Positions 41,548-50,375 of a stretch of DNA of 64,000 bases are shown one piece after another. The position numbers and the translations under genes are program-made. The stretch is taken from assembly GCA_024346625.1 (NCBI GenBank), contig AP024664.1, positions 620,001-684,000 of the forward strand, in the 5' to 3' direction. How positions within the stretch are numbered: position 1 is the stretch's first letter; each line of letters begins with the position of its first letter. Source of the stretch: Williopsis jadinii (lineage: Eukaryota). The notes under the pieces are model-generated. The model saw nothing but the letters and a program-made list of their open reading frames with translations, did no database searches and was not told where the DNA came from.

Positions 41548-43302
41548 ATGGACAACTTGACGAGACAGACAAGCGCGCTGAGCGTTTCAGATATTGCATC
41601 GGTGAACTCCACGGCTTCAAATGTGGATTCCAAAAGAAGGTTCAACGTTGCCGCATCACAGGCCTTTCTGCCATCTTCAAAACCCTCGGTGGAGAAGTTC
41701 TCATCGATTCGCTCCCCCAATTTCTCAGATATACCTTCGTTTGTGCCTTCTGCGCAGCAGGAGTCGAAATTTGACCCAACGGTACCTGCGTTTGAATCGC
41801 CTGTATCTCCTCAAAGACCTTATGAGCGTCAATTAAACCCGTATACTTCCCATCATCAGTCTATGGACCATATACCAACGATGAATTCGTTTCAACAGAT
41901 ACCTCCAATGGGTGGACCACAACAACAAGACTTTATGTTCCAATCACAACAGCAGTCGAATTATCCCCTGAACTACCATCTCTATGCGCCAACATCCAAT
42001 AAACATTTGCACTTGCATCTGAAGCCTAATGAACAAAATGCAGAGACCTTGTTTATACCAAACAAACTGAGAGAGGCACTGACGAAGAAAAACCATGCCA
42101 TATTGCAAACGATGCCACAGTCATCGTTACCGGTATTAGTGGGCGTATACTTCAACTTGGTTCCACTTATGACTAGTACATTGAACTCTGAAAGTGCGTA
42201 TGGTTATCCAAACGTCATTTATAAGGCTACTTCAAACACAGATGGTAAGGCATATGCCCTGAGACGTATTGAAAATGTCAACTTGGAAAAGGATAGAAGT
42301 TTATCCACCGTACATTCATGGATAAAGCTCAGACATTCTAACGTGGCACAAGTTGTGGATGCATTCACGACGAGGGCTTTTGGTGACAACTCGCTAATCA
42401 TTGTCTATGATTTTTATCCGGAGGCAAAGACACTCTATGAAACTTATTTTATGACTGAGATGGGACAGCCGGGCATTTTAACTATGGATATCTTGTGGAG
42501 TATCATGTGTCAAATATCGGCGGCAATATCTGAAATTCATTCGAGGGATCTACTCGTCAGATCTTCATTACATCTGAGGAAAGTCATCATTACAAGTAAA
42601 AATCGTGTGAGGTTAAGTGATTGTGGAGTGTTTGATATATTGAAATACTCCGAATCAATAGATGGTGATAAATTGACCTTGCTTAAAGAAGTGGACTTGC
42701 TGAAGTTTGGACAGTTGATGGATAAGTTAGCTCAAAAGATGGTTTCGAAGAAGAAGAGCAAGACTCTTTCAACGGAGGAACTCTTGGAGAGTTCAGATCT
42801 AGATGAAGAATTTAGAAAGGCTTTGAAATACCTTCTACGTCCTCCCTCAGGTGAACCTTATACTATTAAGAGTCTGCAACAGATAATATGTGATCAGGTC
42901 TTCAAAGAATTGGATCGTATTGAACACACAGCCGATTTCTATGAGTTACAATTATGTCGCGAGTTGGAAAATGCAAGAATTGTTCGTTTGATGGCGAAGA
43001 TTGACTTCCTCATTGACAGACCTGAATATCAAGCAAACAAGATTTGGGGACCAACAGGGGAACGCTATCCTATAAAGTTGTTTCATCAATACTTGTACCA
43101 TCAGAGGGACTCTGACGGTAAGCCTATTTTGGACTTGGCACATATCTTGACAAACCTGAACAAGTTGGATGCTGGAATCGAAGAGCGCTTCTTACTTATC
43201 CCACCGGATGAACAAACCTGTCTGATTGTTTCCTATAAGGAGATTAAAGACCTGGTGGAGAAATCATTTAGAGAGTTAACAGCCGAGATGTCTGTTTCAT
43301 AA
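41548..43302 (+). CDS. PAN3: Pan2-Pan3 deadenylase subunit Pan3 (first ATG of the open frame; true N-terminus problematic, see findings)
   Basis: PAM2-like KRRFNVAASQAFLP, PLNYHLYAP, pseudokinase (AFTTRAFGDNSL), RELENARIVRLMAKI, LNKLDAG. Confidence 0.92.
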   Translation: MDNLTRQTSALSVSDIASVNSTASNVDSKRRFNVAASQAFLPSSKPSVEKFSSIRSPNFSDIPSFVPSAQQESKFDPTVPAFESPVSPQRPYERQLNPYTSHHQSMDHIPTMNSFQQIPPMGGPQQQDFMFQSQQQSNYPLNYHLYAPTSNKHLHLHLKPNEQNAETLFIPNKLREALTKKNHAILQTMPQSSLPVLVGVYFNLVPLMTSTLNSESAYGYPNVIYKATSNTDGKAYALRRIENVNLEKDRSLSTVHSWIKLRHSNVAQVVDAFTTRAFGDNSLIIVYDFYPEAKTLYETYFMTEMGQPGILTMDILWSIMCQISAAISEIHSRDLLVRSSLHLRKVIITSKNRVRLSDCGVFDILKYSESIDGDKLTLLKEVDLLKFGQLMDKLAQKMVSKKKSKTLSTEELLESSDLDEEFRKALKYLLRPPSGEPYTIKSLQQIICDQVFKELDRIEHTADFYELQLCRELENARIVRLMAKIDFLIDRPEYQANKIWGPTGERYPIKLFHQYLYHQRDSDGKPILDLAHILTNLNKLDAGIEERFLLIPPDEQTCLIVSYKEIKDLVEKSFRELTAEMSVS

Positions 43303-43384
43303 CCAATACAAACAAAAAAAAATATCAAATACCTTTCTTTTTTCCATGTACATTCTCTTGTTTTGATTATCTCTTGTTTGATCA

Positions 43385-45100
43385 CTAACTGAGCCAGCAG
43401 AATGGACACTTATACAAGATGTGACTCCCAATTCTTGGGAGGACTCCGTACATCTTTTTACAACGGATTAAGGACATCATGAGCCTTGGATATTGAGGGA
43501 CTGTCACTTCATGTAAATGAAGGTGCAATTCCATCTCTTTCAAGTTTGGAGCTTCAATTTGTAGTGGAAGCACACGTCGTGGAATCTCTGCAATATTTTG
43601 AATGTTCAACGTTTCCAACCTTTCAAATCTTATAGGGTACTTCATCTCATAAAAGCCGATGTGTATGTTCATCAAAGAGAGTGAAACCAATCGATGTCGG
43701 ACTTTCCTCAAGATCTCTCTTACGTCTATGTACTGTCGAATGTTGAATTCTTTTATCGTGAGGTATTTGAGCCTTGGAAATGAAATAACCAAGTTGATCA
43801 TTTCCTCATCATTTAAAGGTCTTCCCTCTTTGTGCTCCAGCTCGAACTGCGTCAATGCATCGGCTGCAAACATTGGCAGCATGGTCATATCATCCTGTGC
43901 TTGAAGTCGTAACCTCTTCAGTTTTGGTAACGTGATGATGGTGCCCTGTGGGAAGTTTGTGCCAACCACTACCTCAACTTCAACAAGTGCAGTCAATGGT
44001 GCTTGAATCAATGGTTCCATTACATTGCTTATGGACATGAGCTCAACTGTTTTCATGAAAAGATAATCGTTCTGATTACCCATACAGACCTCTCTTGGTG
44101 TGTTTGCAGACGTTTCAATTCTCATTCTTGTCAGCTTTGGTGCTTTGAAATTTCTAAAGCGAGGGATCTGGCCTAGGATGTTCAATCCAAACTCTTCGAG
44201 TTGAGGTAATCGAATATTCGTCAAGGATGCTAATCCCTTTCTTGGTGTAACGTACCACAGAATGACTAAGTTCATAAAATGACAGTCCATCATTCGCCTC
44301 ACGTGGCCATTCTCATCCACAATCAAGCATCTTGTTTTGAACTGTTTCCCCTTCAACAAATCAACCTTATCACTGATGGTCATTTTCCTTGACTCCAACT
44401 GCGAAAAGTCAATAAAGTCATAAAATTCCTGTGCACAGTGGTCCATTGAGAGGGAATTAACTCCATGTCCTTGGAAGTAGGTGGGTTTGAGTAACGTACA
44501 AGCAACAAATTGAATTTTTGGTATATTGGAGAGGGTAATAATCCTCGAACGAATGGTGACGTCTCTCAGATCCAGAAATGAATAGTTGATTAGTTCAAGA
44601 ATTGATTGATGACCTAGCACATCCAGAACAAACATCAAGAGAGGATTCCATTTTGTGAAGGGTATATGGCTGGTGAATCCTGAGCTGTAATCCCAGTTTT
44701 GTTCATAGTACTGTGTGAAGTCGTTGTCACCGTTGAGCTTCATGATGGTGAAGCACTGTTTTGTCACAACACTCATGAGTCCAATGTTACACATTTGAGC
44801 ATCACGAATAAAGACTAGGCTCAGCATCGCTTTCATTGGAATCGGATCTGCATCATCAATGTTTGTACTTTGAGCCAACAGATCATTATGGACCATGTCT
44901 CTATTGCACGCATAGTAGTGTTTGATCGTCCCTGGTGAAAACTTAGCTCCAGAAATGATAAACGTCATAATGCTATCGTAATCGAGCAGCTTGAATATCT
45001 TGAGTTGTATCTCTACGGGGAACATTGAAAAGTCAAGTCGAGTATCCGGGATGGTTAAGCTTGCGAAGTTGCACTCAAGGCACTCTTTTTCTGGAGTCAT
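43385..45100 (-). CDS. F-box protein with degenerate leucine-rich repeats
   Basis: FSMFPVEIQLKIFKLLD F-box-like start; repeated (A/L/F)PxLxxLxL units (LPQLEEFGL, APKLTRMRI, LPKLKRLRL, FPRLKYLTI, APNLKEMEL); start codon uncertain. Confidence 0.75.
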   Translation of the reverse strand: MTPEKECLECNFASLTIPDTRLDFSMFPVEIQLKIFKLLDYDSIMTFIISGAKFSPGTIKHYYACNRDMVHNDLLAQSTNIDDADPIPMKAMLSLVFIRDAQMCNIGLMSVVTKQCFTIMKLNGDNDFTQYYEQNWDYSSGFTSHIPFTKWNPLLMFVLDVLGHQSILELINYSFLDLRDVTIRSRIITLSNIPKIQFVACTLLKPTYFQGHGVNSLSMDHCAQEFYDFIDFSQLESRKMTISDKVDLLKGKQFKTRCLIVDENGHVRRMMDCHFMNLVILWYVTPRKGLASLTNIRLPQLEEFGLNILGQIPRFRNFKAPKLTRMRIETSANTPREVCMGNQNDYLFMKTVELMSISNVMEPLIQAPLTALVEVEVVVGTNFPQGTIITLPKLKRLRLQAQDDMTMLPMFAADALTQFELEHKEGRPLNDEEMINLVISFPRLKYLTIKEFNIRQYIDVREILRKVRHRLVSLSLMNIHIGFYEMKYPIRFERLETLNIQNIAEIPRRVLPLQIEAPNLKEMELHLHLHEVTVPQYPRLMMSLIRCKKMYGVLPRIGSHILYKCPFCWLS

Positions 45101-46327
45101 ATTAAACTCTTTCACTGGTGTGCTTCTCAAAGTTTTATCGATATTAGTCCATCTCTGATCAACTACAAGAGATATTCACTAAAAGCTGTGCTTGATAGTA
45201 ATCATTATATACTCTTTTGGCTGCTGCAGCATGAGAGGAAAGTTATTGTGAAGCAAGAACCCAGACTGCAGCTCACAAGATCTACAGTACTGTATAGCAG
45301 CCCAGGTTCTTTATGGCAACCTGCATTGACGGTGGAACAGGGATGATCGTCTGCATGAGAAGAAACAACTTGAATGATCTGCAACCTCTCTAGTACAGTG
45401 GTTGTATCTTAAGCGACCTTTTGAAACGTGTCTCAAATCACACACGAGGGTTGAACATTATGTACAAGATGTATAGGTGAGTATTTACATGTTGTACTGT
45501 ATCGCTACTATACAACAACTGGTAAATACTCTGCGAATAGCCATGGTCTATTTACAAAATGGGGCTCATGTGGGTGTTTGAAGCCAAACGTGAGGGCTCA
45601 TACATTGGGTGGTGTCCGGGTTAAACATGACACCAAGGAGAATACTCACTTTTAATGGGCAATAGATAATGTATTTTGGGTGATAATGGTTGTTATGTTA
45701 GATAGAGGTATATATGAGTATATTATTCTGATATTTATTGAAATAAAGGTGGATATTTATGATTGATAGAGTGCTTTTTAGATGGTTACCATCATATTAA
45801 AATTTTCACCGGAAGACTGACATCATTAAAATATTCATAACTACAACAGTTAATTCTTATATATATTTAATAATTGATGGACTATTATTCACAATCCAGC
45901 GAAGAATATGAGGAAGTGGAGCCTGGCTTATTAAATATCACAACCATACACCAATTCACCGGCATTCTTTGTTAACAAACGCCCGGGAAACCTATCAAAT
46001 ATGGATTTACGGCCGCATCCTCACTGTAGGCCAGCAACGCAGACGCGAGCAACACAATATTAAGGACCCCAAAAGCTGCCAATTCTTCTCATTATGCTGC
46101 ATCTATACTCATTCACCAACAAATAAGTACAGTATACATGTAATCATTCTAGAAATCTGTAATTGCCAGCCATTGATCACGTGACAAATAATTACTCTCA
46201 CCGCTTTCAAACTCCATCAGTGTTTACACAAAACCTATTTCATACAAATATCCACAATCGTGGAATAAAGCTATCTTTCTTTCGCTTTCCGTTGACTTAC
46301 TCAGAGAATATCACACACGAGGCTGCC

Positions 46328-47707
46328 ATGGACTACAGTCAAGAGTTATCCAATTTCAAGTATAAGATGAAGAGATTGCTCATTGAGTTTCATCATCACA
46401 AGAACAAGACCTCACACAACAAGAGTGTCGTCCATGACCGTGACAGAACCAAACCGTTGATGACTTTGAGAACACTGAACAATGGCAGCGACTCTTTGAA
46501 GTCAATAGCCATAGATGAGACATTTGATGGGTTTTCATGCATTGGAGAGGCTGCTGGGATGCGACCAAGTGGTGACTGCGATGCAACGTTTTCTATTACG
46601 CGAGGCGTTGTTGATACCATGAAGTACATCATAGGGGACCTTAGAAGACAGAGCTCTGAGGTGTCGCTACAGAAGAAAAGGGATGAATGCCAATGCCCTT
46701 GTCACTCAAATCCACATCAGATCATTTACAACAAGCATTTGGATACTTGTCTTCAGGCTTGCTCCCTCATTCCATCAAACAATAGCGAGAACATTGGCAC
46801 CTTGGAAGAACAGTTACTGAAGAGTGGTGTCCACTACATTGGCGAATCTCAACAGCCGAAGCAGCCGTCCAGGTTCCACCGCTTTATGAACTGGCTCCAT
46901 GGCAGACATCAGGCAAGCTCGAATTCTCACGTTGACTGTTCTGGGAAGATGGCCTCTTCAAGCTTTGATCCAGAAGGTAGAATTGAAATCATCACAGAGT
47001 CACACCTCCCTGATGCGGAAACATCATCTCCAAAGGAAAGGATAAAGAGCCCGGCACAGGAGAACAGAGCTTCATCATATGCTAGAAAACGTCAAAACCC
47101 TGTGCAGTCACTAATTGGTCTAGCAAGAGATCATACAAACGACGTGAGATGTTCGTGTCCCCTGTGTGATAAGAAACAGCACAAGGTTGGCACACAGCCT
47201 TGGAAAGTTGTGATGAATGATATCTCCTTGTATGCAGCTTTGTTATCCACTGGATCAAAGCCAAATACTCCGACTGCCTCATTCCAACCACTAGTTCTGG
47301 ATTTCACACAGTCAAAACATCATTATGACCGTGAGTACGACTGCCAGCAAATAGTAATGAATGATGAAAACGTTATCCTTGATACAGACCTCCTTGACCT
47401 CAATGAGCAGCCCACAACAACATTGTTACCAACTCGCTCAAAAACCTTGAATGCTTCAGTGAAAGTCACGACAAAAAACAATAGCACAGTGCTACGTTCC
47501 AATCAACACAGTAACAGAGCTTCAACTTGTACACCTCAATACACCTTAGACCAAACCTATGGATATCCAGATGTCTTGTTGGACTACAACTATTCAGATG
47601 ACGATAATGACATAACGTATCCTCTTTTACCAAAGTCTCAGTTACCAAAGCCCGCAAACAACTCGGGATCTCTTGAGTTTCTTCCCTTGAGCATCATTCA
47701 CAAATGA
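46328..47707 (+). CDS. Hypothetical protein, unrecognised
   Basis: Long open frame, first ATG at 46328 (MDYSQELSNF); CQCPCH and CSCPLC motifs. Confidence 0.65.
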   Translation: MDYSQELSNFKYKMKRLLIEFHHHKNKTSHNKSVVHDRDRTKPLMTLRTLNNGSDSLKSIAIDETFDGFSCIGEAAGMRPSGDCDATFSITRGVVDTMKYIIGDLRRQSSEVSLQKKRDECQCPCHSNPHQIIYNKHLDTCLQACSLIPSNNSENIGTLEEQLLKSGVHYIGESQQPKQPSRFHRFMNWLHGRHQASSNSHVDCSGKMASSSFDPEGRIEIITESHLPDAETSSPKERIKSPAQENRASSYARKRQNPVQSLIGLARDHTNDVRCSCPLCDKKQHKVGTQPWKVVMNDISLYAALLSTGSKPNTPTASFQPLVLDFTQSKHHYDREYDCQQIVMNDENVILDTDLLDLNEQPTTTLLPTRSKTLNASVKVTTKNNSTVLRSNQHSNRASTCTPQYTLDQTYGYPDVLLDYNYSDDDNDITYPLLPKSQLPKPANNSGSLEFLPLSIIHK

Positions 47708-48091
47708 AGAATAAGCTTGCTTCTTTATTCCTTTTGTTCTTCCCCTAATATACGAACAGTGACAACTGTGTTGATCTCCTTTGATTGATTTTGCTCCTCA
47801 ACATTGTAATCACCTCTGCAGAGTCCGCGTACAATTTCTGTGAGTTGACGCAACTTTTTGAGGCTCTCCTTTATAACATGAAACCACATTGATCAAGGTG
47901 GGAATTTCCCAATTCATTGAGGAAACGAGCCATTCAGTCCAATATATATTCCTGAATTTCCTACCGAGCAAAAGCCCTAATTCTGAGCATTAGTTTCTTC
48001 CTATTTGCTTGGGTTCTTTACGATTTAGAGCCATTCAACTTAGCCCTGAGGAGAGAGAACTATCTTCAGATTTATTCATCAAGCTTTGGCA

Positions 48092-49453
48092 ATGGGATGC
48101 ACAGCCAGTAGCGAGTCTCCTGAAGAGGCCGACCCCTTTCTTCAATCAAAGAATATGAATGCTGTCATTGAGAAGCGTCTTCAAATGGAGAAGACTAGGG
48201 AAAACAACGAAGTGAAGTTGCTCTTACTGGGTGCAGGTGAATCAGGTAAGTCCACAGTGTTGAAGCAGATGAAAGTGCTTCACCAGAATGGGTTTACACA
48301 TCAGGAGAGAAAGCAGTATACTCAAGTCATCTGGGCAGATTCGCTACAGAGCATGAGAGTATTGATTGTACAGGCTCGAAAGCTGCAGATTCCTTTGAAT
48401 TCAGATCAACCAGGAAGCCCACTTATGCCTTATAAACAGTCGATACTTAGGGTGAACACTCTTCAGCAAGTTGACACTGGGATTGCCGGAGGTAACAGTT
48501 TCCTTAAGGACTATGCAATCAAGTACAGCGCACGTAGTGAGACCAAGAGACGTGTACAGAGCACTGGTCGCACAGGTGCAGTGTGGGATGCAACTCCATC
48601 AAATTCACAGTTGGAGAATAACGATAGTGAACAGCAAGGGTTGAGTATAGATGAGTTAAACGACACTTTAAACGGATCAAGTGTGCATCCAGGAGTTTCT
48701 GCAGTGAATAGCACAGTGCTTAGCGGTGGTAAGACCTCCTTAACAAAGGAGCAAATCGCAGAGGCTATTTCTCAACTGTGGAAAAACGATATGGGTATAA
48801 AACAGTGTTTCAACAGGTCCAATGAATTCCAATTGGAAGGCAGCGTTTCATACTATTTTGACAACATTCACAAGTTTGCAGACGCAAACTATCTCTGCAC
48901 AGACGAAGACATCTTAAAAGGCCGTATAAAGACCACAGGTATCACTGAAACCAATTTCAACATTGGGTCAGCAAAGTTCAAAGTGCTGGACGCAGGAGGA
49001 CAACGTTCCGAGAGAAGAAAATGGATTCACTGTTTCCAAGGAATCACTGCTGTTCTCTTTGTCCTCGCAGTCTCTGAATATGATCAAATGCTCTTTGAAG
49101 ACGAGCGTGTGAACAGAATGCATGAGGCCATCATGCTGTTTGACTCACTGTGCAATAGTAGATGGTTTCACAACGTTCCCTTCATATTGTTCGTCAACAA
49201 GGTCGATCTTTTTGAACAGAAACTGAAGAAGTCGCCAATAAAGAACTATTTTCCGGACTACAACGGGAAACCAGGTGACGTTAATGCTGGGCTGAAGTAC
49301 TTTGAAGACATATTTTCATCTCTGAACAGAACGAAGAAACAGCTCTATATACACAGAACTTGTGCCACGGATACTCAGAGTATGAGGTTTGTTCTGACTG
49401 CCACGACTGATATGATTGCTCAGCAGAATTTGAAGAAGAGTGGGCTACTATGA
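48092..49453 (+). CDS. GPA1: Pheromone-pathway G-protein alpha subunit
   Basis: MGC acylation start, LLLGAGESGKST, Gpa1-type insert in the helical domain, DAGGQRSERRKW, TCATDT, QQNLKKSGLL. Confidence 0.95.
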   Translation: MGCTASSESPEEADPFLQSKNMNAVIEKRLQMEKTRENNEVKLLLLGAGESGKSTVLKQMKVLHQNGFTHQERKQYTQVIWADSLQSMRVLIVQARKLQIPLNSDQPGSPLMPYKQSILRVNTLQQVDTGIAGGNSFLKDYAIKYSARSETKRRVQSTGRTGAVWDATPSNSQLENNDSEQQGLSIDELNDTLNGSSVHPGVSAVNSTVLSGGKTSLTKEQIAEAISQLWKNDMGIKQCFNRSNEFQLEGSVSYYFDNIHKFADANYLCTDEDILKGRIKTTGITETNFNIGSAKFKVLDAGGQRSERRKWIHCFQGITAVLFVLAVSEYDQMLFEDERVNRMHEAIMLFDSLCNSRWFHNVPFILFVNKVDLFEQKLKKSPIKNYFPDYNGKPGDVNAGLKYFEDIFSSLNRTKKQLYIHRTCATDTQSMRFVLTATTDMIAQQNLKKSGLL

Positions 49454-49833
49454 CAACCACTCCGTATAAAGATGTAATAAACGCAATATGTAATATAATA
49501 TTACATATTATATATAGGACCGGATAAACTCATTATGCACGCGTGCGCGTTCTCTTACTTAACCGCTTATTGGTTCGGACTGCAAAGAAAATCTCCGTAT
49601 CTGGCCGGGCTAATAGCCTATGGTGCGCGCGCATAACTCCGGAGCCTCGAAAGCCGGCCAGCCTTTGTTTGGCTTCTAATTCAGCCGGTTATAGCACCGT
49701 CTTATGATTGAAACTTGGGGTCTTTTCCACACCAAAAGCCTCTTTCTTTACTCACTCGCTGACTCAAAGGTTGGTTTAACAGTTCACGGCGATTGGAGGT
49801 GCTGGGACATTTGGTTTTGGAACAACAGCACCG

Positions 49834-50190
49834 ATGTCTCTTAACAATGAAAAGTCGAAAGTTGGGAATAATGGCAGCATCTTGAACAAAGCCAAAGTGC
49901 CATCACGTTCCCCCTTACACTACCCCAGTGATATAGTTATAAACGAATCACAAGTTAGAAGGCTGAATGGTAGCAGTAAGGATACCAGCAGTACACAGAA
50001 CTCTGCCACTCCAAAGCTGTTCAACCTCGAGACTGATCAAGTTACTGGGCCACCGTCGAGAAGTGGGAATACACCAGTACCACAGTTCAACAGTAACGTT
50101 ATCTCAGTCTTTAATGAACAAGTCACCATGGATGAGATGATGCAGAAGGTTCAAGAGCGCAGAGTGGAGATGAATTTTGACGAGTTGTAA
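49834..50190 (+). CDS. Small hypothetical protein, 118 aa
   Basis: ATG-initiated ORF occupying its own intergenic slot, with an upstream GC-rich promoter-like region and AT-rich 3' flank. Confidence 0.5.
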   Translation: MSLNNEKSKVGNNGSILNKAKVPSRSPLHYPSDIVINESQVRRLNGSSKDTSSTQNSATPKLFNLETDQVTGPPSRSGNTPVPQFNSNVISVFNEQVTMDEMMQKVQERRVEMNFDEL

Positions 50191-50375
50191 GTGACTTTTG
50201 ATATCGGAACCATTGAATGGGTGTAAATATTGTGGACATGCGATGGGATAGGCTGGACCTCTTATTACATATATACTAATAAACAAACGTAGTTTCATAA
50301 CTTCATTAAGTAGATCAATATATACAAGCTAACTCATTTTATTCAACTTGAACCAAAGTTTCATCGAACCAAGGT

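Noticed and set aside
46175..46300. Point centromere (CDEI-like ATCACGTG)
   Set aside because: No very AT-rich CDEII or CDEIII CCGAA at the right spacing on either side; more simply a Cbf1 promoter site
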